A DNA stretch of 63,972 nucleotides, filler included, from Blastocystis sp. subtype 4 (Eukaryota): the NCBI RefSeq assembly GCF_000743755.1. It is 6 parts of 6 records of this genome, joined end to end, with 100 filler letters (N's around TTAATTAATTAA, not from the genome) between each part and the next. Parts side by side here need not be neighbours in the genome. Positions count along the whole stretch, not along the records: positions 1 to 11,066 come from NW_014569233.1; positions 11,167 to 22,028 come from NW_014569230.1; 4 more parts are not named here. One strand, given 5' to 3'. The position numbers and the translations under genes were made by a program. The notes under the pieces were generated by a model. That model saw only the letters and a program-made list of their open reading frames with translations. It was not told where the DNA came from and made no database searches. Positions 1 through 11,314 of this stretch are shown piece after piece (the stretch's first letter is position 1; each line of letters begins with the position of its first letter).

Positions 1-79
1 GGATGGATATGGAGGAATGACAATCAGTCCTTCAGCAGATGAATTGCAATATGAAATGAATCAATTGAAGCAACGATAA
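1..79 (+). CDS. 3' end of an unidentified gene (partial)
   Basis: Frame 2 reads DGYGGMTISPSADELQYEMNQLKQR* (TAA 77-79), followed by TGTTTGTT at 82-89. Confidence 0.4.
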   Translation, partial: DGYGGMTISPSADELQYEMNQLKQR

Positions 80-121
80 TGTGTTTGTTCAAGACTAGAA
101 TCCATTGATAGATAGAGAGAC

Positions 122-777
122 ATGCTAGTCCGTTTCTCGAGACTTGCACAACAGATATCTCCTTCTATGCAAGGCAATAGTGATGGTTAGATATGATTTG
201 TAGTGATCAATCGATCTATCATGTGGAGAAGCACACCCATTGACAACAGGTTTCTATTTCTTTTTGCTATAACATTACAGCATTGAAATCACATTTGCCT
301 TTGCTTCTGGAGAAAACAGGAAAGTGAAAGCTCGGATTGGTGATACATTGAAGCAAACTGCTGAGGCATATCATCTACCACTTCGAGGTATGGATATTAA
401 TATTTGTGAAGAGAAGGGGATTGTCAAGGTCTTGGCTTACCAAAGAAAGTATTCAAAGTGGAACATTGGTCGGACGATGTATTTACAGAAGGTACTTCTT
501 GAAGGTTGATGTGATTGTAGGTGGTGCATGTCAGTTTTGTCATGTAATATTGAAAGATGATATATTTAAGTTATCACCCAAACCTGAGATTGGAGAACAA
601 ATGTGGCTTGATAAGATTGCTAGGAATAAGAATAAAAAGTGTGTGAGTTGGAAATTTATAATATATAGTTCACGGTTGGCATGTCAAATTCGAGTAATAA
701 AGGAAATGAATGGCACCACTGTCTTTGTTGTAATACTTTGTCAAGATAACATATAGGTTCCAGAAAATCCAAAATGA
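122..777 (+). CDS. Mitochondrial-type (adrenodoxin-fold) 2Fe-2S ferredoxin-like protein, multi-exon
   Basis: After removing ~29-30 nt introns (e.g. 388-416, 492-520): IEITF..KVKARIGDTLKQTA..LPLRGDCQG..EGGACQFCHVIL..EQMWLDKI..NSRLACQIRVIKEMNGTTVFVP. N-terminus MLVRFSRLAQQ looks like a presequence. Confidence 0.8.
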
Positions 778-869
778 GTATAAAGATAGAGAGTTACCTT
801 TTGTTTGTTGTCTAAAATTGGCTAAATTTTTGGAGTTTGAATATGAACTATTAGAGAGCATCTTTAATC

Positions 870-3800
870 ATGTCTGATGATGAATATGCTATGACCTCCT
901 TCAAAAGAAGGAAGGTTACTGATTCCAAGGAGAGTGAGAGTGAGGATGACTTGGAACAACTTCAAGCTGCATCTACAAAAAAGAAACTCACTAGAAAGAT
1001 GATTGAAGCTGATGATCTTGATGTCCTTGATGAAAATGAAGGCATCGACGATAAAGTAGGTAACAGGGTCTTGTTTTTGATGTATAGGATTCAAGTGAAC
1101 GAAGTAAGTTTGTTGTAGTGTTGTTTGTGAACTTGTTTAACGATTTGAGTAGGTATAGGTAGTGATGGAGAATCGTTAATGGTATCTTTTAAAATGAGAT
1201 GGATTTATTTATAGGGTATGGAAGAAGATGACCATGCCATTGTAACATCGTATCGAGACTACAAAGGTGCTCAAGATGTAAAAAAAGAAGTTAAAGTTAA
1301 CAGTAGATTGATTACGAAAATGGCGTTGATGATTTTATTGATGATGATGAAGGTATGCAGTACGTAACAGAGAATGTGAGTGAGGATCGAAAGAAATACG
1401 TAAAGGGTCTTGAAGAACGTTGAAAATTAGTATGATCTTGCATTGGAGTACTTTGGTGAGGGAATCCGTTATTTCATCAATGCTGTTGGAAGTGGTATGA
1501 ATGATTATCTAAAATGATGGGGTAGCAGAAGAAGTAGAAGAGGAGAAGATGCAACCAGAGACAGATTTGCATGCACCGGTTGAGATTCCGATCCATACAG
1601 AGGAGATGGACCAAGCAAGAGAAGCAGAAGAACAAATTTGGAAAGAAGAGAATCTGATGACAGAACGTGATTTGGCAATTGCATCCACTGATATCCCGGA
1701 ACGAATGCAATTAATGGGAGGTATCGTCCTTGATGGGTATTTGATTCAAAGAAATGCGCATTCTTGATGATTATCAGGATCGCATGGATTGTTGCAATTG
1801 GATCTTTGAAGAGATTCAGAAGCGTCCAACAACTGATTTTCAGACGGATGATGTGACTCTAGTGAAGGAGCAGATTTCCATTGTACTTAAGTATTATGCA
1901 GTGAGAGAGAGTTTGGAGAATAAGGCATAGGAAGAACACTTGGAGCCTCATTATATCATGAAATTCCTTTCTCGAGAAGTGTCCTATTTACAAGATGAAG
2001 TGGTATGGAGTGTATGTGAATTGTATCATGAGTATTTGGATCTGCTTGTAAGAAAATAGACTGAATTTGAGAAATAGGATCAATGCAACTCTGTACGAGC
2101 TCAATTGAATCAGATTCGTGATTATCTCACCACATTGGAGCTTACGGATGGAATGGAGTCGTTACGTCGTCTTTTGAATAGCATGGTTGCTGAGTTGGCT
2201 TCCCCCAATAAACAGCGTGTGACTCTCATTCAGAGTTATGTTCGACTATTACAGAATCTCCTCCATATGAATGAAGAAGAAGGATCCTCTCAACGACGTG
2301 GAAATCGTACGGAGATGCAGTTGCGTCGTCTGTGGTCTACAGGACTCTTGGATTTGTGTATGCGTTACAATGTAGAATTGGATCGAGTGGAAACAAACCT
2401 GCTTACTCGTTCGCAATCGTCAGTTCCTCAGGATCCTGGAATGGTAAGATAATAAGGCGGAGGTGATGCAAAGATCCCCAATGATCTGGTGGAGGATCAG
2501 TTACGTCGAACTCCTGAGCTGCAGAGTCAGAAGAGTGCTACAACACTTCTGAATGAAGCATCTCAATTGTATGGATTGATGCTGAGCTGTGATCCATCAA
2601 TCATTCGTCAAGCACGAGATATCCTATACAATACAGCTGTAGTCAATAGTAGACCCACTGTTCGAGGTGTTCAAGAGATTGATGGATCTCACCCTCTCTA
2701 TGGATACCATCGTCTGCGTGGTAAACCACTGTATGATATGATGGATCAAGACTATTTGTGTCTGGAAGAGGGTATGCAAGATGGTCTCTTTACGTATTCC
2801 ATTGATGTGTCACAGGGAATCCAAGAACTTCAAACTATGCTAGGACAACTCTTAACGAATCCTTCTTCAGACTACTATTCACTACAGCAACAGAGTATTC
2901 GAACGTGTGTATCAAGTCTTGTGCGAAGTACTGTGGAATACTTGAAAACGGTAGGAACGAAAGAAGGAATTGAGAATAGCGAATGCGTCAACAGGCATAT
3001 GAAGATGTAGCAAAACGATGTGGTGATGAATTGGTAAAACTCATTGAATACCGCGGTTATCGAAACAATCATGTACTTCATTGATTCCTTTGTAATGTAG
3101 AACAAACTCGCCAATGTGTTATCCATTTCATTCTCATCAGAATTGAATCAATCGTCAGTAGCTGTTGTGCTGAATGATAATGGTGTGGTTACTGATAGTC
3201 TGATTATTGGTCAAGGAGGTCGTATCGCGAAGTTGGAGGAAGGGACGTATCTTGATAACATTCAACGCATATTCGAACGCAACACAGTGGATGTGGTGAT
3301 TCTGAATGCTGCATTACAGAGTCAAACACTTCAAATACAACGTAATATTGAAGAAATGCTTCAACGAGTGAGTGTAGGTGAGTAGTTGGATCCTTAGTAA
3401 TAGGGAGAGAAGAATATTGACAAACCTGAAGTACTGATTGTGGATGATCGTGTTGCTCAATTACGTCTGGCTCGTGATGACAATGTTTACTATGAGCAGG
3501 CCCTTAAGAAGTTCAAGCACGCTATTTATATGGCTCGCTACGTACAGAATCCATTACGAGAAGTCTGTGCTTTGGATAATAATCCTGGGAATCCGGAAGA
3601 ATCAGACCTGTTCCAGTTACAGTTACATCCATATCAGAGCAGTGTTCCTGCTGTTTATCTTCGTCGTGTCTTCACTCGTGAATTGTGTATGGAAGTTGTA
3701 AATGCTGGAGTGTGTCTTCAGGATGCTATGGCTTATCAAGATGCCTATTCAGAACTACGGTTTATTCCAGGTCTGGGATTCCGCAAAGTTCGATCAATAA

Positions 3801-5650
3801 TTGATAAATTAGTCGTGGAAGGAAAGGGCTTGAGAAATCGAGATGATTTGAAGACTGTTCTTGGACTTGGAGATGTGGTGTTTAAGAATTGTAATGGGTT
3901 CATTCGTATGATTGAATAATGTGATTCATGGTCAGGTTTTGCTGTGCGTCGTATGACTAATGTCGAAGAACTGAAAGCAGATTCGTCTTATCACGTATTG
4001 GACATGTTCCGTTGGCCCACACAGTTATACTCCTCAGCTATTGGAATTTGCAAATTCTTGACTCGAGGAGCAGGAATGTTTAGTGGTCAGGTAAGAATGA
4101 AGAATGAGTTTGATTGAAAGGAGGCGGTTACAGAAGTAATGATTCACTATCAGAACTATGAAAAGAAAGATGAAGATGGAGAACGAGAATTAGTTTCTGA
4201 GGAAGATGAGCATGAACTGGAAGCCATAGTAAGGTGTTTATTTTGGGAATTCCTGATAGATTCCAGATTTCCATAAACTACCTCTGCGTTTGTTATCCAA
4301 TGAGTTACGTGGGGATGGATTGGATCAACGAACCCAGATCCGAAGTGTGATGGGCGAGTCTTTGTTCTATTTGATAGCAGATGAGACAAAGGAGACGTTC
4401 CATGTAGGAACAGAAGTGGTGGCTCGAGTAGTACGTGTTCTTGATGGTCTCCGCATTCTTGTGAGATTGGACAACAATTTGCAAGGTAGCATCAGTGCTC
4501 AAGAGTTTAGTGATAATCCCCGTGATATTGAGATGGCATCGAATCTAATTGAAGTGGTAGGTTATTCTGAGAATGAATAACACAAGGGTTCCAGTATCAC
4601 ATGCCGTGTCTTGCGAATTGATTTGACGAATTTCCGTGTTGAGTTAAGTAGTCGTCCAAGTGTGGTGAATAACCGTTTCTCAAGCAATGTGCAGTTGGAT
4701 AAGTATTTTGTCCAAGAACCTGAAGGCTGGGAGCATGATATTTTGGAGGAAATGCAGACCCAGCTGGTTGCTGAACAACGTGCTCGTCAATTAGCAAAGC
4801 GTTCCATCTTTAACACTTATTACTTGTGTGTTAATCAGCAAGGAGCTATTGAAGAGTTGAAAGATAAGCCAGTAGGAAGTTGTCTCTTCCGTCCTAGTCC
4901 TCAAGGCATCGATCAGATTATTCTCACTTATAAGGTGATGTGAGGATAGTCGTGTGATTCGTAGATGCTTCCAGATCTCTATGCTTCTTATGATGTGATT
5001 GAGAAACAGAAAGATCCACAGGACCGCTCAAAGTTGGGAGCTGTGCTAGAGCTGTGTGAGCAACAGTATACCGAGCTGGAAGAGATTGTGGATCGTTTTG
5101 TAGGCGAACTGACTGTTTTGATTCATGACATTTCCAACTTCCCCAAGTACCGTGATGAATCGGATGTAAGAATAGGAGATGTGAATGATTGATAGGAAGC
5201 AGTGGATGCTGAAGTGGAAGCAGCAGGAAAGGCTAATCCAACCCATCTTCCTTATCTGATCTCTTTGAGTCGTCATCATCCAGGTCTATTAAGGGTCACT
5301 TATTACCGTCATGGAATGATTCTTCATGAATATGCAGAATTACGTCCTATGGGGATTGTATATGATAAACGGCTTTTCGGTCATGTAGAAAGTTTCCTGA
5401 ACTATTTTAAATCGAATTTAAAGCAGATTGTAGGGATGGACTATGAAATGATAGGTAGATGCAGAAACGGTTGAATGAGCGTGCTTCCGCACAAGCTACT
5501 ATGTTGCGACATCCACTTCCGCCACCAACAGGCCAGCCTCCAATGCAACCCTTTGCTCCTGGATATGCCCCATATCCGATGTATCCCCAACAACCATATG
5601 GCATGCCAAGAGGTCAACAGCCTCCTTATCGACCTCCTCAGCAGTACTAA
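870..5650 (+). CDS. SPT6: Transcription elongation factor/histone chaperone SPT6, multi-exon
   Basis: Acidic N-terminus, TDIPERMQL, YqgF-like region, ARYVQNPL, HhH (FIPGLGFRK..GDVVFKNCNGFIRM), S1 domain, tandem SH2 (CLFRPSPQGIDQIILTYK), Pro/Gln tail. Confidence 0.95.
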
Positions 5651-5709
5651 ACTCTATATATGACATGTTTGTTCATATCTGAATTCATCGAATACGTTTC
5701 AAGCTCACA

Positions 5710-6720
5710 ATGAGTCTGTTGTCACTGGACCAGTTCAGTGAGAAGTGACTGATGGATTATTCCGCTCATTCTCAGAATGTGGACGATTCAAGATTTTGAA
5801 ATTGGTGCACTGGTCGGGACAGGAGGTTATGGTATAGTTAGTAAAAGGGAGTGATCTGAAGGCAAAGTATATCTAGCTCGTGAGAAATGTTCCAGATTTG
5901 TTGTTGCGATCAAGGCAGTTGAGATGAAAGTAGTCGTCCGTGCAGGAATAGTGGATCTCCTACAAAACGAGATTGACATTCAAACTCATCTAAGGTCCCA
6001 GTTTTCCAATCCATTGAATATAGGCACAAAAACTTGTTGTCGCTGTATGGATACTTTTGGGATGATCACTGCATCTACTTGATTCAAGAGTATGGCTTTT
6101 ATGGCGACCTACAGAAGGAACTAAGGAGGGAAGGGAAATTTACAGAACGCAAGGCAGCTTGGTATATCAAGAGGATTGCGGAAGGACTCAAATACATGCA
6201 TGATAATCAGGTTATTCATCGAGATATCAAAGCAGAGAATATTTTGATTGGAGAAGAAGTAGTTTATATGACTTAGGAGTTCATTCGTAGTTGGAACCAA
6301 AGATTTGTGACTTTGGTTGGGCAGTTCATGTTGGAAGGGAAATACGGAGTACTGTATGTGGCACTCCAGAGTATATCCCTCCTGAGATTGCAAAGGGGAA
6401 TGGATATGATTATCGTGTTTGCGAAAATGGATGTATCTAATGCATAGGCTGACATATGGTGTTTAGGAATCCTTGCATATGAGTTGTGTACTGGAGAAAC
6501 ACCTTATCAAGGTTCGAGCGCCGAAGAAGTATATAGCAGGATTACTAGAACAGATATTTTCTTTCCAGATACATCCAGTTCTTTGTTTCAGGATTTTATC
6601 AATCATGTAGAGATGTATGGCAGAAATGATGAGTAGCTTGTAGTAAAAGAACCTGAAAGGCGGTACACGATTGATCAAGTTCTAAATCACCGATGGTTGC
6701 AATTAGGATCGTTATCGTAA
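5710..6720 (+). CDS. Aurora-family Ser/Thr kinase, multi-exon
   Basis: WTIQDFEIG..GTGGYG..VYLAREK..FVVAIK..EIDIQTHLRH..LYGYFWD..HRDIKAENIL..DFGWAVH..CGTPEYIPPE; catalytic motifs intact. Confidence 0.9.
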
Positions 6721-7052
6721 TTACGCATGTTTGTTCCTCCAAACCTATATTTACTTCTTCCTAGAGGTTTTTCGATCTCCTATTGTATACACTATGGTAG
6801 TTGTTCTCCATAGTCTTCATCACAGATGAAGAGTATTACATCAAGAACAATGATTGGTACAAGAGAAGCCTTTGAAGTACACATAACCATTCGTTTCTGT
6901 GTTTCTCTTGAACGAGGGTATATCTGTTACCTCTATCGATGATCCCGCGGCTGATATTCCACATTAGTGGGATTTCACCACGACTCAGGAATTATTCAAC
7001 CAGAAGACAACCTAGTGTAACAACAAACAACAAATTGAATTAAGGACAAGAT

Positions 7053-9249
7053 TTAAGGATTCGTAGTGCCATAATGTTCTTCATACCAGGATAAGAATTT
7101 AGGAGAACCCTCAATCGACACATGTGACATACCAGCGAAAGCACGATTGCCCAAATCAATCTTCGAGTTCTCAGACATACAATCCTCCATAGTAAGTTTA
7201 TCTATGTAAGTGAAAGCTTCATAGCTTTGTCCATTCATGCTGTTAAATACCAATAATGGAGACACACCTACTCATTACTTCCATCAATTTCACATACCCT
7301 TCATAATTATCTCAGCTGCATGGGCATTAGCATTACCACGTCCAGCTAAACCTGATTCCGATATACTCCAAGATTGCAACGAACCTAAGTCCTCAAGACG
7401 CAAAGTGCCAAAAGACTTCATCGCACCACCACTCACATATATTTCCTTAAGATTGGGATTCTTAGCAATAACAACACTATCTACACTATAGAACGTGCTA
7501 CCAGTCACAAGATAGTTCTTCTCACCCGTTTCAGCATCATAAGAAGCGAAATACAGAGTCTTCAACTTCTCATTATTCTTAATACTGAGATTACAGAATG
7601 CATTAAACGAATTCGTGCCAAAAACGATATTCACCAGTTCGGGATTATCTTCAATAATCACAGACGTATCCTGCTTGCAAGCTTCGACACTATTTCCGTA
7701 AGCACCATTGTCATCCATAACGATAAACTCAGTGAGATATTCTAAGCCCTTAATGCTAAGGGTCTTAAGATTAAGAAGAGCATTTCTCACGTCAGTAGTA
7801 CCGATAGTAATATTCTGGAGATAAGTAAAGCCTTCGAAGTTCAGACTCTCAATATCTTCGCATCTGCCTTCGAAAGTAATATCAGTAATCATCTCAATGT
7901 CCTCCAGATTAGTGAAAGCATCCAAGCATGAACGTCCACTGATTATTTCCGATCTGGCAGGAGGCAAGGTGGTGGGAACTGGAGTGGTAGGTGCTTCAGT
8001 AGTAGGAGCTTCAGTAGTAGGGGCTTCAGTGGTAGGTGCTTCGGTAGGAACCTCAGTAGGTGCTTCAGTAGTAGGAGCCTCAGTGGTGGGAGCCTCTGTA
8101 GTAGGAACCTCAGTAGGAACCTCAGTAGGAACCTCAGTAGGTGCTTCAGTAGGAACCTCAGTAGTAACGTCAGCGGGAGCACCCTCAAACTCCAAACTGT
8201 AGGCATAACCAGCAATACCAGCATAGTTAGCAGTTGTATCGTTAGCACGGAGAGGCATCTTAAACTGGATTCTCTCACAAGGATTCACAAACGCCTCCAT
8301 ATACCAGAAAGACTCATCATTCTCCTCCTCGTCGTCCGTCTTATCAGAGTATCCAGTAACCGTAGCCCACATAGTAGGCTGCATGGTGCCACCAGTGAAA
8401 GGACCATCATTATCGTCCATCTCCTTAACAAAACGCAGCTTCTTCAAATCCAAAGCAATCATAACATCAACATGATTGCTATCAGCAATGAAGTTCATCA
8501 AATGGCCCTTATTGGGACACTCAATCTCCTTAGCATTGAAGTGGTATAACATAGATTCAGGAGGACTGCAAATATCATCAAGAGTAGCAGCATCATCTTC
8601 AGAAATCAAGCCATTATCAGCAATGAACTCAAAGATATCCTTGTTATAGTAACCATCACAAGAATTTCCGTCAATATGCTTAGGAAGGCACTCGATAAGA
8701 TAATCTACAGACAGACGAACATTGTAATTTGCATCCATCAAAACTCTTTCAGCAATAGTAATAGCTTCAGTAGCCCAAGAGGTAGAACAGCTATTAGGCT
8801 TACTGTAGCCCTCAAACGCACGGGCACCACAGAAAGAACGCTCAGGATACTTAGAAGTATCGACACGGTATTCAGTTTGTAGAGGTTCAGCTCTTTCACA
8901 ATAGGAACCAACATTCTTGTAACTAGGATAAATGTCCATCATACCTTCGAGGCTAGCCTCATCAAAATCTGAGAGGACGGTGAACTGCATAGAATAAGGC
9001 ATATAAGGATCTCTAGCCTTAATAAACTCACAAGATGACTTCCAACTACCAAAATGGCTCCTAGCCATTAAAATAAACCTTCAAGCCCTACTTAAAGTAC
9101 TCGTCATCAGGACTACACTCACTTCCACACTTTTCAGGGTAGACTGCAAGGTATTCCGCATAACCAGTTTCATCGCAGCGAAACGCTCCTGCAGAGTACT
9201 TGACTGCAAGCACAACACAAAGAAGGCAAATGAAAGTAAAACTCTTCAT
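7053..9249 (-). CDS. Secreted protein: degenerate papain-family (C1A) domain + Pro/Thr/Glu mucin-like linker + LRR-like C-terminal region
   Basis: Signal peptide MKSFTFICLLCVVLA in exon 1. SCSTSWAT, LSVDYLIECL, SCDGY and FIADNGLISE match the papain fold. PTTEA repeats and LxxLxI repeats follow. Last exon ends GTTNP*. Confidence 0.75.
7966..8167 (-). repeat. Coding tandem repeat (12/15-nt units; PTEV/PTTEA)
   Basis: Repeated ggaacctcagta / ggtgcttcagtagta units on the + strand. Confidence 0.9.
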
Positions 9250-9696
9250 TTCCAAATTATTTCTGGTGGGTGGTTTTGAGACAAGGTTTTAAGATCAATT
9301 GAACCATTCCATGGCCACCTATAGAAGACGGGAACTCGTTTCTGTTCTCCAATCATCTATGATATTTCATACTTTGATGTATCTTACGTCATATTCTCAT
9401 ATTCTCATCTCTGAAATTGGTGGTTGTCGCTATGTCTCGAGAAGAGTGTAAAGGACGCATTCTTCAGAACTATACAATCGAAACACATATTATTCTCATC
9501 GTACAATTTATTTGGAGAAGATTCTGTTTCCTATATATTGCTGAGAATAATAAGATATGATATTTAAGGACACTTCAATAGATTCTCATAACTCGTTCCA
9601 TTTTTCCATTTTAGTGGAAAGCAACTTTTCTGGTCACTACATTTTCATCATAAATAGGACATCTTCATTTTCGGAAGTTCCTCGATTCCTAAGAAT

Positions 9697-10508
9697 ATGT
9701 CATCAAATGGTTTCCCTGAGCAAGAACCCAGTGACTACGAGTCGAAGTATTGATCGATAAGTAGTATTCTATTCTAGAGAAGGGAAGACATGGATTTCTA
9801 AATTCTGTAGCAAAGAAATAAATTCATACTTCTGTGAGGTAGAAGAGGAATTCATTACTGATGCGTTCAATATCTATAATATTAGTCGTGATTTTCATCT
9901 CTTCAAACATTCATTAGCTGTAATTCTCGATGCAGATGATCCTGAAGCTAATGATGGTTGATGAGTGTGGAAAGACTCATATTTAGCTGAAATTGATCAA
10001 GATGAGTTGCAAACAAGCACTACTAATCTTTATGGTATGATTCATGCGAGGTATATTGTTACGGCTTCGGGATTGGAGGCTATGGTGTGGTATTTTGATT
10101 ATGTTATTATTTAGCTTCGAAAATATAAATCGTGTGCTTATGGGACGTGTCCACGTGTCTATTGTAATAATCAAAATTTGCTCCCTATTGGTGAATCGGA
10201 TCTCCCAAATGTTAGGACGGTGAAGCTATTTTGTCCCTGCTGCAAAGAAATTTACTATCCTCCCAAACTCTTTGATAGTAGATTATGATTATGGTTGTTA
10301 TTGTAGAAATTGATGGTGCATTCTTCGGAACTTCTTTTCCTCACGTTTTCCTGCTAAACTATCCGGAATTAATGGTAAACCATGTGGATCATTTTGAACC
10401 GAAAATCTATGGGTACAAAATACATGAATCGAGGTAGAAATGGAAAAGATAATTAAATATAGTCCATATTATAAGACTTCATCGAAATTAGTTCAAGAGT
10501 CACCATAA
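9697..10508 (+). CDS. CKB: Casein kinase II regulatory subunit beta, multi-exon (missed by ORF track)
   Basis: TWISKFCS..YFCEVEEEFITDAFN..LYGMIHARYI..GTCPRVYC..LLPIGESD..VKLFCPCCKEIY..IDGAFFGTSFPH..PKIYGYKIH. Confidence 0.95.
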
Positions 10509-10639
10509 TCGAGATTGTTTGTAGAATCAAACAAGTGAATCCGAATGACACTTACTAACAGATCACCACTGAACCATAGAAAAGAGGCAATGATGGCCCA
10601 TTTTTGGGCGAATTCGTCATTCCTTTCACTTCAGAAATA

Positions 10640-10963
10640 ATGAAGGTTCGATCGGCTGTGAAGCGGCTTTGTGACAGTTGCCAAGTAAGAAACTAGTCAG
10701 ACTTCTTGTATGCACTTTCTAACATGATGATAGATTGTGAAGAGAAAGGGGCGTGTCTATGTCATATGCAAAAAGAACCCACGTCATAAGCAACGACAAG
10801 GATATCACACCCTATCGCTTCCTCATCAGCAAGTCCTCCCTCCTGTAGCCATGGAACCAAGTACGTTCGCTATGGAATCTTTACCTTTCTAGAAAGTTTC
10901 GATGTCCATTCTACCCTTACACAGTGTCTCCAGTTCCTACGCTCCTTTAACCTTCCAATTTGA
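10640..10963 (+). CDS. MRPL36: Mitochondrial ribosomal protein bL36m with C-terminal extension (missed by ORF track)
   Basis: [38 protein letters not shown]; two introns; TGA 10961-10963, then TGTTTGTT at 10966. Confidence 0.9.
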
Positions 10964-11000
10964 ATTGTTTGTTGTCCATCAAACATCCACATAAATGACA

Positions 11001-11066
11001 CTATTTCCTTCCTTTTCTCCTTCGCAACTTTCCCGAAGCACGCAAGGCGATTCTCTTTTCCGCTCG
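11001..11066 (-). CDS. 3' end of an unidentified gene with a basic tail (partial)
   Basis: RAEKRIALRASGKLRRRKGRK* followed by a TGTTTGAT motif. Confidence 0.35.
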   Translation of the reverse strand, partial: RAEKRIALRASGKLRRRKGRK

Positions 11067-11166
11067 NNNNNNNNNNNNNNNNNNNNNNNNNNNNNNNNNN
11101 NNNNNNNNNNTTAATTAATTAANNNNNNNNNNNNNNNNNNNNNNNNNNNNNNNNNNNNNNNNNNNN
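11067..11166. other. Artificial contig linker
   Basis: 44 N + TTAATTAATTAA (stops in all six frames) + 44 N. Confidence 0.98.
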
Positions 11167-11264
11167 ATCTGAAGTTCGCTCTTCCTCATCGTCAGTATCG
11201 TGCTGAGTCAAAGAAGTTCAAGTCAACGTTCCTGGCTAAGAAACCTTGCACTTTCCGTGGATAA
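11167..11264 (+). CDS. RPL18A: 60S ribosomal protein L18a/eL20, C-terminal fragment
   Basis: LKFALPHRQYRAESKKFKSTFLAKKPCTFRG* resembles the eL20 C-terminus (KFPLPHR..F..KRPNTF). Confidence 0.8.
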
Positions 11265-11314
11265 GCTTGAAATGTTCTGTACAGGCACACTATCTTGTTT
11301 GTAAGAAACACTTG

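Noticed and set aside
870..5650. Fragmented ORFs suggesting pseudogenes or an alternative genetic code
   Set aside because: The interruptions I checked are ~30-nt GT-AG introns, and long exons read cleanly in the standard code.
7966..8167. Possible CRISPR-like array (also 49351-49520 and 61240-61640)
   Set aside because: No unique spacers, no cas genes, eukaryotic context; these are coding or intronic tandem repeats.
7897..8278. Repetitive ORFs (VVGAS and LLRFLL types)
   Set aside because: Antisense and alternate frames of the PTTEA mucin repeat.
11111..11122. TTAATTAATTAA palindrome recurring about every 10.9 kb
   Set aside because: Always flanked by exactly 44 N on each side; an assembly linker, not a biological repeat.
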